In this document: one piece after another, positions 29,438 through 37,631 of the stretch
Position numbering within the stretch: position 1 is the first letter of the stretch
Layout of the letters: each line of letters starts with the position of its first letter
Notes under the pieces: generated by a model
What the model was told of the DNA's origin: nothing
The model's database searches: none
What the model saw: only the letters and a program-made list of their open reading frames with translations
From: Eubacteriales bacterium
Lineage (GTDB): Bacteria > Bacillota > Clostridia > Oscillospirales > SIG627
Length of the DNA stretch: 59,154 nt
Assembly: GCA_045580105.1 (NCBI GenBank)
Contig: JAZNNH010000002.1
Location: forward strand, 1 to 59,154
Reading direction: 5' to 3'
Position numbers and translations under genes: made by a program

Positions 29438-29493
29438 GCGTATTTTTTTCATGGCTTTTCCATATAATGTGGTAAAAAAAGAGGAGAAGCCAA

Positions 29494-30666
29494 ATGAAAA
29501 AACGTCTATTTTCGTTCTTTTGCTTTTTACTTTCTTTCGCCTTGCTTTCCGGCGCTGTGCTCGCTTCCGGCTATTTTGCCGAATCGGGTTCCGTTCCGGT
29601 AATGGGGTCTGTGTCCGCGCAAAGCTATGCCCTGATGGATGCGGATACAGGGGAAGTATTAAAACAGCTCAATGCCGATTTGCCGCTTCCCATGGCAAGT
29701 ACAACCAAGATTATGACCTGCCTTGTTGCCTTGGAAGAAGGCGATCTTGCCAAAGAGATCAGCGTACCGCAGGAAGCCGTTGGCATTGAGGGCTCGTCGG
29801 TCTATCTTGTGCGCGGAGAAACACTCACGCTCTCGGAGCTTCTTTACGCACTGATGCTGGAAAGCGCCAATGACGCCGCCGTTGCCATTGCGCTTCATAT
29901 TTCCGGCTCCGTTTCCGACTTTGTCGCGAAAATGAACGAAAAAGCCGCTCAGATTGGAATGACAAATACCCATTTTACCAATCCCAACGGCCTGCCGGAT
30001 GATGCGCATCATTCCACCGCCAAGGATCTTTCGATCCTGATGTGCTGTGCAATGAAAAACGAGGCGTTTGCCGAAATTGCATCCACGCAGACCAAAACCA
30101 TCCGTGCCCCGGAGGGAAAGAGCAGGTTTTTGTCTAATCACAATCGACTGCTGAGAAATTATGAGCCGTGTGTTGCCGGAAAAACGGGATTTACCAAAAC
30201 GGCGGGACGCTGTCTTGTCACAGCGGCGCAAAAGGACGGTAAGCTGCTCGTTTGTACCACGCTGGGCGCTCCTGACGATTGGAACGATCACAAAGAGCTT
30301 TATCAATACGGATTTTCTCTTTATTCTGAGAGAACACTGGCGCAGCCCGCATCTTTTTCCTTTTCGCTTCCCGTTGTGGGAGGGATGGAAAATGCTGTGT
30401 CTGTCACCAATTCTGACAGCGTGCTTCTTGCGCTCCGTCAGGAACAGACAGTGGATACGGTTGTGGAATTGCCCCCGTTTTCTTATGCACCGGTGAAAGC
30501 CGGGGATCAAGTAGGTAGGGTTCTCTTTCTTTTAAACGGAAAAGAGGTCGCACAGCTTCCTCTTCTTGCAGGAGAGAGCATCAAACAAAAAGAAATCAAG
30601 CTTTCTTTTTGGCAAAAAATTTGGAATCGAATATGGGAATGGATCACCTTTCATGGAAGAGATTAG
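29494..30666 (+). CDS. Serine-type D-Ala-D-Ala carboxypeptidase (PBP5/DacB-like)
   Basis: Signal peptide. SxxK (ASTTKIM), SxN (ESANDAA) and KTG (GKTGFT) motifs. Confidence 0.88.
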   Translation: MKKRLFSFFCFLLSFALLSGAVLASGYFAESGSVPVMGSVSAQSYALMDADTGEVLKQLNADLPLPMASTTKIMTCLVALEEGDLAKEISVPQEAVGIEGSSVYLVRGETLTLSELLYALMLESANDAAVAIALHISGSVSDFVAKMNEKAAQIGMTNTHFTNPNGLPDDAHHSTAKDLSILMCCAMKNEAFAEIASTQTKTIRAPEGKSRFLSNHNRLLRNYEPCVAGKTGFTKTAGRCLVTAAQKDGKLLVCTTLGAPDDWNDHKELYQYGFSLYSERTLAQPASFSFSLPVVGGMENAVSVTNSDSVLLALRQEQTVDTVVELPPFSYAPVKAGDQVGRVLFLLNGKEVAQLPLLAGESIKQKEIKLSFWQKIWNRIWEWITFHGRD

Positions 30667-31369
30667 AATTCAAAAATACCTTGCCGACTGCGGCACGATG
30701 AGCCGTCGTCGCGCTGAAGTTGAAATTGAAAATGGGAACGTATGTGTCAATGGACGCAAGGCCTTGATCGGGCAGAAAATTTGTCCCGGCAAGGATTACG
30801 TTACCTATTTGGGAAAAACCGTTGTTCCCACCGGCAAAAAAATCTATATTAAACTCAACAAACCCCGTGGATACGTTTCCACGATGTCGGACGAAAAGGG
30901 AAGAAAGTGCGTTGCGGATTTGGTTAAAAAGATTCCGGAGCGCGTGTATCCCATCGGTCGATTGGACCTTGATTCCGAGGGGCTTCTTCTGATGACCAAC
31001 GACGGTGCCCTTGCCAATGCTCTGATGCATCCGAAGAGTGGCATTGAAAAGGTGTACGTCGTAAAGGTGAGATGTGCGCCTGACGAGAGACAGATGAAAG
31101 CGCTGAACGAATCGATGGAGCTCGACGGCTATACGATCAAGCCCTGCCGCGTGAGCTGTCCCGATCCGACCGTTCCTACCAAGCTTCGCTTCATTTTAAA
31201 AGAGGGAAGAAACAGACAAATTCGAAAAATGTGCGAAGCGGTCGGTCTTGAGGTCACACGTTTAAAACGAATCAGCGAGGGCAAAATTCAGCTTGGATCG
31301 CTTCGTTCCGGTACGTGGGCGGAACTTGACGGAAAGGAATTGAGCGCCCTGATGGCGCTTTCTGAATGA
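30653..31369 (+). CDS. rluB: Pseudouridine synthase, RsuA/RluB family
   Basis: S4 domain RIQKYLADCGTMSRRRAEVEI; catalytic VYPIGRLDLDSEGLLLMTNDG. Start set at ATG 30653. Confidence 0.85.
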   Translation: MEEIRIQKYLADCGTMSRRRAEVEIENGNVCVNGRKALIGQKICPGKDYVTYLGKTVVPTGKKIYIKLNKPRGYVSTMSDEKGRKCVADLVKKIPERVYPIGRLDLDSEGLLLMTNDGALANALMHPKSGIEKVYVVKVRCAPDERQMKALNESMELDGYTIKPCRVSCPDPTVPTKLRFILKEGRNRQIRKMCEAVGLEVTRLKRISEGKIQLGSLRSGTWAELDGKELSALMALSE

Positions 31370-31794
31370 TGATGGATCTTGCACCTTTTGAGTCCCCGAT
31401 GGAGCATCAGGCGTATTGTCAAGCGGCCGGCACCCCCTTTGAGGACGGCTCCATTGGCTTTAAAATATTCGAACAAAACGAAAAGTTAGGGCTGTGTCAA
31501 CTCAAATTTGTCGGCGAAGCGGCGTACGTTCTTTCGGTGACAGAAATTGACGAAAAAATATCCAAACAAGCACTGGCAACGTGCTTTTCCCATGTGGTTC
31601 AATTCTTAGCACATCTCGGTGTCGGTTCCGTTGTTTATCCCATTCAAAACAAGACGGATGAAATCGTCGCCGAAAGCTGTGGCTTTGATCGCGTCAGTGA
31701 AACGCTCTTTGTCTTTGATTTTTCGGCGGAAGAAGCCGAGGAACACGAACACTTCTGCGACGGTAACTGCACGCATCACCACCACGGCCATTGA
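31366..31794 (+). CDS. Hypothetical protein, weakly GNAT-like core with a Cys/His-rich C-terminal tail (FCDGNCTHHHHGH)
   Basis: The start overlaps the rluB stop (ATGA). 142 aa with coding-like composition. The acidic stretch and His-rich tail suggest metal binding. Its stop lies 3 nt before ssrA. Confidence 0.5.
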   Translation: MMMDLAPFESPMEHQAYCQAAGTPFEDGSIGFKIFEQNEKLGLCQLKFVGEAAYVLSVTEIDEKISKQALATCFSHVVQFLAHLGVGSVVYPIQNKTDEIVAESCGFDRVSETLFVFDFSAEEAEEHEHFCDGNCTHHHHGH

Positions 31795-31797
31795 TAT

Positions 31798-32145
31798 GGG
31801 GGCGTAAAGGTTTCGACGGGGTTTGGGAAGTAGGATAAGCGGGTAGAGTCGCAGACACTCTTCAAAACTGCAACTTAAAAATTAAACGCTAACGAAAACG
31901 TAGCACTCGCTGCCTAATTTGGCAGCCATCCACCCGAGGATGACCGCGACCTCGGCTTGGGTGTCACACAAGCGGTGAACGTGAACCGGGTCAAGCTTTG
32001 TGCCCGGTCATGATCCGATGAAGCTACCGTCTTTGCTGCCTGTCGGCGGGCGTCAAAGATAGGGAACTCAAAACACCGAATGCACCCGGAGAAAGTCCTA
32101 TGGATCAGATTTCGGACAGGGGTTCGATTCCCCTCGCCTCCACCA
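31798..32145 (+). ncRNA. ssrA: tmRNA (SsrA), tag peptide ANENVALAA
   Basis: 5' GGGGGCGUAAAGGUUUCGACGGGG. Tag frame GCU AAC GAA AAC GUA GCA CUC GCU GCC UAA at 31888-31917. 3' T-arm GGGGUUCGAUUCCCC and acceptor CGCCUCC-ACCA ending at 32145, with a G3:U pair. Confidence 0.93.
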
Positions 32146-32153
32146 TAACAAAC

Positions 32154-32195
32154 ACATCCGAACTCACAAAAGGGTTCGGATGTTGTGCTTTATGT
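32154..32195 (+). terminator. Terminator hairpin after ssrA
   Basis: Stem acatccgaac (32154-32163) / gttcggatgt (32174-32183), then a U-rich tail tgtgctttatgtt. Confidence 0.6.
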
Positions 32196-32224
32196 TCCAC
32201 CACAAAATCAACTGCGGTTGATAC

Positions 32225-32262
32225 AAAAGAGGTCACCTCAAACGAGGTGACCTCTTTTTCTT
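32225..32262. terminator. Second, perfect bidirectional terminator hairpin
   Basis: 12-bp perfect stem agaggtcacctc / gaggtgacctct with loop aaac, flanked by an A-run and a T-run. Confidence 0.65.
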
Positions 32263-32409
32263 TAAAAGCAGATTATTTCGGAAAATGCAATGTCTGCTTG
32301 ACATTATCTTCTTTGGTTTTATGTGTTCATTTTCCATGTTGCAATGGTTTATACTATAAAACTGAATTAATCTATGCTTTAAAAACATAAAACGAATTTC
32401 AAAAAACGC

Positions 32410-32438
32410 TTTACAAAAAAAATGTTTGGTGATATAAT
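32410..32438 (+). promoter_or_regulatory. Sigma-70-type promoter for aspA
   Basis: TTTACA (32410-32415), 17-nt spacer, TATAAT (32433-32438). Confidence 0.5.
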
Positions 32439-32474
32439 GCAAATGTCCTTAAAAATGAAAAGAGAGGCAAGTTT

Positions 32475-33851
32475 ATGGAATATCGCTTAGAGTCCGACTC
32501 CATCGGAACCAAACAAGTACCTGCCAATGCGTACTGGGGCGTACAGTCCCTTCGCGGTGCAGAGAACTTTAGAATCACCGGACAGTCTTTGAGAAAAGAA
32601 TTTATTGAATCTTTGGCTGAAATCAAAAAAGCTTGTGCGATTTGTAACCACAAGGTTGGCGAAATGGATGAAACAATTAAAGATGCCATTTGCCGTGCCT
32701 GTGACGAGATCGTGGAAGGAAAACTGCACGATCAGTTCATTTGTGATCCAATTCAGGGTGGCGCCGGCACGACGGCAAACATGAACGCCAACGAGGTCAT
32801 CGCAAACCGCGCAATCGAAATTTTGGGCGGCGTGAAGGGTGATTATTCGATCGTTCATCCCAACGACCACGTCAACCGTTCTCAGTCCACCAACGACGTC
32901 ATTCCGACTGCGGCAAAAATGACCACGATCAAACTTTTGAAAAAGGTTATGAAGCAGGTCGAAAGACTCGAAGAGGCACTCAAAGACAAAGAAAAGGAAT
33001 TCCATCACATCATCAAAATGGGTCGTACTCAGATGCAGGATGCTGTGCCGATCCGTTTGGGTTCTGAATTCGGTGCTTACAGCCGTGCCATCCATCGTGA
33101 CCTTGTCCGCTTGGAACGCGCAATGTTTGAAATGTACGGCATCAACCTCGGTGGTACTGCCGTTGGTACTGCTTTGAACGCCAAGCCCGAATACGTCGAT
33201 TCTTTGGCTCCCGTTTTGAGCGAAATTTCCGGTCTTCCCCTGGTAAAGGCAGACGACTTGGTTGACGGAACGCAGAACCTTGATTCTTTTGCATACGTTT
33301 CTTCTGCTCTGAAGACCTGCGCCATCTCTTGCTCCAAAATGTCCAACGACTTCCGTTTGATGTCCTCCGGCCCTCGTTGCGGCTTTGAAGAAATCAACCT
33401 TCCTCCCATGCAGAACGGTTCCTCCATCATGCCCGGCAAGGTAAATCCGGTTATCCCCGAAGTGATGAGCCAGGCCGCTTTCTGTATCATCGGTAATGAT
33501 ATGTCTATCACGATGGCAGCCGAAGCAGGTCAGCTCGAGCTCAACTACGCTGAGCCCGTTTTGTATCACAAACTCTTCGAGTCGCTTGTTGCTCTGGAAG
33601 GTGCGATCGATACCTTTGTGGAACGCTGTGTTGTCGGCATCACCGCCAACGAAGACCGTTGCGAAGAACTCGTGGAATCTTCCGTCGGTGTCATCACCGC
33701 AATTTGCCCCAAGGTAGGTTATAAAAAATCTGCTACGGTTGCAAAAGAAGCGATCAAGACCGGCAAAAGCGTCAGAGAAGTGCTTCGCGACTCCGGCATT
33801 CTTTCCGAGCAGGAAATCGAATCCATCCTTGATCCTAAAACAATGGTATGA
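32475..33851 (+). CDS. aspA: Aspartate ammonia-lyase (class II fumarase/aspartase family)
   Basis: YRLESDSIGTKQVPANAYWGVQSLRGAENF and the signature GSSIMPGKVNPVIPE. The VNPV-IPE variant is aspartase-like rather than FumC-like. Confidence 0.8.
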   Translation: MEYRLESDSIGTKQVPANAYWGVQSLRGAENFRITGQSLRKEFIESLAEIKKACAICNHKVGEMDETIKDAICRACDEIVEGKLHDQFICDPIQGGAGTTANMNANEVIANRAIEILGGVKGDYSIVHPNDHVNRSQSTNDVIPTAAKMTTIKLLKKVMKQVERLEEALKDKEKEFHHIIKMGRTQMQDAVPIRLGSEFGAYSRAIHRDLVRLERAMFEMYGINLGGTAVGTALNAKPEYVDSLAPVLSEISGLPLVKADDLVDGTQNLDSFAYVSSALKTCAISCSKMSNDFRLMSSGPRCGFEEINLPPMQNGSSIMPGKVNPVIPEVMSQAAFCIIGNDMSITMAAEAGQLELNYAEPVLYHKLFESLVALEGAIDTFVERCVVGITANEDRCEELVESSVGVITAICPKVGYKKSATVAKEAIKTGKSVREVLRDSGILSEQEIESILDPKTMV

Positions 33852-33853
33852 TC

Positions 33854-33887
33854 AAAAATTCCCCCGAATTTCGGGGGAATTTTTTTA
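33854..33887. terminator. Bidirectional rho-independent terminator between aspA and the convergent decarboxylase gene
   Basis: aaaaattcccccga-att-tcgggggaattttttt. Confidence 0.8.
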
Positions 33888-33915
33888 TAAAAAAAGAAAA
33901 GCAAGTCAATTTGAC

Positions 33916-35259
33916 TTACTTTTCTTTGACGACCAAAACGTCGCGAATTCCGTAATACGAAAACGCATTGATTGCCTCATCGTCAAGCTTTTCCCCACAA
34001 ATGGCAATGGGAACGGCAGGGGGACAGGACACGGCAGGGTCTGCCAAAATGCGGCCTGCGGCACGTTCGATCGGGATACGCTCCGTCGCACAGAGCATAG
34101 CGCGGCGAATGGAAAGCGCGGGAGTTGCTTTTTTGCATTTGGGAGGAAACACAAGAATCGGTTCTCTTTTTTCGAGGAATGCAAAAAAGGTTTTGATGCG
34201 ATGCAAAACCTCGGTTCCGTTTTGCGGGGTGAACATCATCACGAGAAAATCGGGATCGGAAAATTCACATTCCATTCCGTTTTCTCGCAAGATGCGAGCC
34301 AAATCTGTTCCGGTATAGCCGGCGGGCTTTGTCACGATGCAAATTTTCAGCGGCTCGTCGCCGATGGTCTGAAAGCCCATGTTCCGAATCTCATCTCGCA
34401 GGGCTTGCACCTTCTCGGAATAGGAGAGAAGAGCTGCTGGAAAATCGGCGGAAAGATATGCGTTGCAAGCGTCTAAGGATTGCAGGATCAAATACGAGGG
34501 ACTGGTGGATGCAAAGAGGGAAAGGCAAGATTTTGCTTCCGATAAAAAGAACTCGTCCGCATCTTTTCCGATATGCAAATACGCTCCCCCCGTCAAAACG
34601 GGCAGGGTCTTGTGCGCAGAGTCGCAACAAAGATCGGCACCCAGAGCGATCGGATGGCAAGAGCTCGGATAAAAGTTTAAATACGCCCCATGTGCATTGT
34701 CAACCAAAAGGATGGCACCGTTTTCGTGACAAAATCGGGAAAGCGAGGCAATATCGGAAACGTTGCCCAAATAGTCGGGACTGGTAATATAAACTGCGGT
34801 AGGGGCGCATTCTGCATCCCGAAAGAGCGGCCTTAGGTCTTCTTTCGTAACCTTCCCGGAAAGAAGAGAAGCGTTGCCGAAATCAATCCAAATCGGGGAC
34901 AGGTCCAGCAGGGCACAGGTGGTCAGAAAGGACTTGTGTGCCGCACGGCCGGCGGCAATAACGGCTTTCTTATTGTTTTTTTCTGCGTGCTTGACCGCTA
35001 AGGTCAGCATCGCGCGGATCGCAAGTGTGGACCCTTCGGTAGAATAAAGCGTCTGACGAGAGCCGAAAATCTCTGTTGCGTTTTTTTGGCTTTCTGCCAA
35101 AATTCCGTCTTCTTGATAGAGTACGTCCGCACCGCAGATTTCGGTTATGTCAAGCCCCTCGATTCCCAGCGGACCGACTCCCTTGTGACCGGGCATATGC
35201 AACCGCGCGTTTCCGCTTTTTTGATAGCGCGATACGAAATCGCAAATCGGGGTGTTCAT
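33916..35259 (-). CDS. Orn/Lys/Arg decarboxylase family PLP-dependent enzyme (YaaO/SpeA-like)
   Basis: MNTPICDFVSRYQKSGNARLHMPGHKG... with the PLP-lysine motif DSAHKTLPVLTGGA. Start ATG 35257-35259 lies 1 nt after the stop of the upstream maturase gene. Confidence 0.8.
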   Translation of the reverse strand: MNTPICDFVSRYQKSGNARLHMPGHKGVGPLGIEGLDITEICGADVLYQEDGILAESQKNATEIFGSRQTLYSTEGSTLAIRAMLTLAVKHAEKNNKKAVIAAGRAAHKSFLTTCALLDLSPIWIDFGNASLLSGKVTKEDLRPLFRDAECAPTAVYITSPDYLGNVSDIASLSRFCHENGAILLVDNAHGAYLNFYPSSCHPIALGADLCCDSAHKTLPVLTGGAYLHIGKDADEFFLSEAKSCLSLFASTSPSYLILQSLDACNAYLSADFPAALLSYSEKVQALRDEIRNMGFQTIGDEPLKICIVTKPAGYTGTDLARILRENGMECEFSDPDFLVMMFTPQNGTEVLHRIKTFFAFLEKREPILVFPPKCKKATPALSIRRAMLCATERIPIERAAGRILADPAVSCPPAVPIAICGEKLDDEAINAFSYYGIRDVLVVKEK

Positions 35260-35260
35260 A

Positions 35261-36640
35261 TTATGCTTCGAGCGCCTTTGCCGCTTCCAGCATAATGGCG
35301 CATTCCATACGCTTTTTGAACAGCTTACAGCCGTATTCATATACGCCGTTCACGCTGCCCGTTGCGTGGTAGGAATTGGCAGCACAACCGCCGGAGCAGT
35401 AGAGCTTTGCCCAGCAGTCTTGGCATTCGGGCTTGGCATATACGTTGCAAGCCATAAATTGATCGCGAACGGCTTCATTTGTCACACCGTCCCATATGTT
35501 ACCGAGGAGGAATTGCTCGTCTCCGACAAACTGATGACAAGGATACAGATCGCCCCAGGGGGTCACAGCCATATATTCCGTTCCGGAACCACAGCCGGAA
35601 ACGCGCTTATAGATGCAAGGACCGCCCTTTAAATCAATCATATAGTGATAGAAGGTAAATGGCTTTCCGCTCTTTCTTTTCTCAAGCATAAGCTCTGCCA
35701 AGCGTTCGTATTGATCCAGTACGATCGGAAGGTCTTTGTCGGTCAAAGCGCAGGGATCATCGGGAGCACAAACCACGGGCTCCATGCTCAGTTCCGTAAA
35801 GCCCAAACGGAGCATTTCTTTGATATCGTTCAAAAAATCGGGGTTTCGATGGGTGAACGTGCCGCGCATATAGTAATTCTTGTGACCGCGCGCCTCCACC
35901 AATTCTTGAAACTTGGGAACGATTTTCTCCCAGCTTCCCACGTCGTTCATATCCACGCGGAAGTGATCGTGGATTTCTTTTCGACCGTCCAAGCTCAGAA
36001 CCACGTTGCTCATTTCACGATTGGCAAAGTCAATCACGTCTTTATCAATGAGTACACCATTAGTCGTCAGAGTGAAGCGGAAGTTCTTTCCGGTTTCTTT
36101 TTCGCGCGCTCTGGCATAGCCGACAAGCGCGCGGATCATATCAAAGTTCATCAGCGGTTCGCCGCCGAAAAAGTCAACCTCTAAATTGGTTCTTCCTTTG
36201 GAATTCTCAATCAGAAAATCCAGCGCTCGTTTTCCCGTTTCCAAACTCATCAGAGCGCGTTTTCCCTGATAGTTTCCTTGACTTGCAAAGCAGTAAGCGC
36301 AGTTTAAATTGCAGGTGTGGGCAACGTGCAGGCAAAGCGCTTTGACCACGCCGCTTGTCTTCTGTTTCAAATCCTGCGCCATCGGAGAGAACGTGTCCGG
36401 TGTGAACAGCTTTCCGTCTTCCTTGAGCTGTGTGACCTGCTCGTAACACTCCTCCAACTCCGAAAGCGAAACTTCGGGGTCGTTGCCGTATTTTGCAAGA
36501 AGTTTTTTCAATAGCGCATCTTTTTCGGTGGACTCATACTCCGAAATCAAGTCGTATGCTACTTCGTCCACAACGTGAACCGAACCGGAAAAAATATCCA
36601 GTACAATGTTCAGTCCGCCAAGCTGATAGCAATGTATCAT
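35261..36640 (-). CDS. scfB: Radical SAM/SPASM thioether cross-link-forming SCIFF peptide maturase
   Basis: CNLNCAYCF (CxxxCxxC) and a C-terminal SPASM cysteine cluster (PECQDCWAKLYCSGGCAANSY). The N-terminus MIHCYQLGGLNIVLDIFSGSVHVVD is typical of SCIFF maturases. The SCIFF precursor gene lies immediately upstream. Confidence 0.88.
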   Translation of the reverse strand: MIHCYQLGGLNIVLDIFSGSVHVVDEVAYDLISEYESTEKDALLKKLLAKYGNDPEVSLSELEECYEQVTQLKEDGKLFTPDTFSPMAQDLKQKTSGVVKALCLHVAHTCNLNCAYCFASQGNYQGKRALMSLETGKRALDFLIENSKGRTNLEVDFFGGEPLMNFDMIRALVGYARAREKETGKNFRFTLTTNGVLIDKDVIDFANREMSNVVLSLDGRKEIHDHFRVDMNDVGSWEKIVPKFQELVEARGHKNYYMRGTFTHRNPDFLNDIKEMLRLGFTELSMEPVVCAPDDPCALTDKDLPIVLDQYERLAELMLEKRKSGKPFTFYHYMIDLKGGPCIYKRVSGCGSGTEYMAVTPWGDLYPCHQFVGDEQFLLGNIWDGVTNEAVRDQFMACNVYAKPECQDCWAKLYCSGGCAANSYHATGSVNGVYEYGCKLFKKRMECAIMLEAAKALEA

Positions 36641-36658
36641 AAAATCTCCTTTTCACCG

Positions 36659-36688
36659 AAAAAAATGCCGCCATAGGCGGCATTTTTT
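36659..36688 (-). terminator. Intrinsic terminator/attenuator between the SCIFF precursor and its maturase
   Basis: On the minus strand: AAAAAATGCCGCC-TAT-GGCGGCATTTTTTT. Followed by the maturase SD AAGGAG. Confidence 0.75.
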
Positions 36689-36698
36689 AATTGGATTT

Positions 36699-36848
36699 TT
36701 ATTTGCTTTCTTTGTTTTCACACTGCTGATTGGCAATACCGCAACTGGTTTTGCAAGCAGATTGGCAAGAAGTCTGGCATTCGCCGCAGCCGCCTTTTTT
36801 TGCGCTTTCACAAAGATTTTTGGTTTCGAGGGTTAAAATGTGTTTCAT
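36699..36848 (-). CDS. scfA: Six-cysteine ranthipeptide precursor SCIFF (49 aa; below the ORF-track length cut-off)
   Basis: Manual translation: MKHILTLETKNLCESAKKGGCGECQTSCQSACKTSCGIANQQCENKESK. The core GGCGECQTSCQSACKTSC is the SCIFF signature. SD AGGAG lies 7 nt upstream of the ATG (36846-36848). Confidence 0.9.
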   Translation of the reverse strand: MKHILTLETKNLCESAKKGGCGECQTSCQSACKTSCGIANQQCENKESK

Positions 36849-36878
36849 GATTCGACTCCTTCGCAAAATGATTGATTT

Positions 36879-36907
36879 ATTATAGCATGTTTTTTTCCAT
36901 AAGTCAA
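36879..36907 (-). promoter_or_regulatory. Near-consensus sigma-70 promoter for scfA
   Basis: On the minus strand: TTGACT (36902-36907), 17-nt spacer, TATAAT (36879-36884). Confidence 0.6.
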
Positions 36908-37090
36908 TCTAACAAAGAGAATTTTCGCCCATTTTCTCGGATAATCTTCAAAGTGGAGCTTTGTTTTGTGAATTTTTTACGTCGTCGGTTTTATTTTCTT
37001 GAAAAACTGCCCACGGTAAAAGTCCTTTTGAACGATCGAAAAGAGGATGGGATCGCTGCTTGATTTTTCTCTTTCGATTGGGAAAAAGGT

Positions 37091-37119
37091 TTGACAAAAC
37101 AGAGCTTTTCGGGTAAAAT
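37091..37119 (+). promoter_or_regulatory. Sigma-70-type promoter for the MarR gene
   Basis: TTGACA (37091-37096), 17-nt spacer, TAAAAT (37114-37119). Confidence 0.55.
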
Positions 37120-37168
37120 ATCAATGTTGACTGTGCAACGAAAATCCGCGTTTTTCGGAGGTTCTTTT

Positions 37169-37630
37169 ATGCTGTTTCGTTTCTTTCGTTTTTCAATGTG
37201 CTTATCTTCCATTTCTCACTGTATTCAAAAGATTTGCAGTAAAGAAATGAAAAAAATCGGATTGAAAGGTTCTTACGTACCGTATCTTGCCACGTTAGAC
37301 CGCTTTCAGGAAGAGGGGGTAACGGCGGCAAAGCTTTGTGAACTGTGTGACCGCGACAAAGCGGCGGTTTCGCGCGCCCTTTCCGAATTGGAGGAAAAGG
37401 GTCTTTTGGTACGCGAAGAGGAAAACGGAAGAGTTTATCGCATTCGTTTGTTTTTAACCGAAAAGGGAAAAAGGGCGGCGTCTTTCATCAAAGAAAAGGT
37501 GCAGTTTGCGGTCGAGCAAGCGGTAAAGGGGATTCCCGAGGAACAGCGAATCATTTTTGTGGAATCATTTCAGCATATTTCAAAAAATCTTCAGGATCTG
37601 ACGAAAGAGGAGAATCTCGGCGACCTGTAA
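37169..37630 (+). CDS. MarR family transcriptional regulator
   Basis: Winged-helix region VTAAKLCELCDRDKAAVSRALSELEEKGLLVREEE. Start at ATG 37169 with SD GGAGG (37157-37161). Confidence 0.8.
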   Translation: MLFRFFRFSMCLSSISHCIQKICSKEMKKIGLKGSYVPYLATLDRFQEEGVTAAKLCELCDRDKAAVSRALSELEEKGLLVREEENGRVYRIRLFLTEKGKRAASFIKEKVQFAVEQAVKGIPEEQRIIFVESFQHISKNLQDLTKEENLGDL

Positions 37631-37631
37631 T

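Noticed and set aside
32100-32390. 96-aa ORF overlapping the 3' end of tmRNA, and the 69-aa minus-strand ORF at 32233-32442
   Set aside because: They overlap a structural RNA and terminator hairpins, lie in an AT-rich non-coding tract, and have no SD.
32146-33851. Genomic island or prophage integrated at the tmRNA 3' end
   Set aside because: There is no integrase, no direct repeat of the ssrA 3' end in the window, and the next gene is housekeeping aspA. Only a possible scar remains, which is reported as a low-interest finding.
33739-34476. 245-aa plus-strand ORF downstream of aspA
   Set aside because: It starts inside aspA, runs through a strong bidirectional terminator, and is antisense to the PLP decarboxylase gene, so it is not credible.
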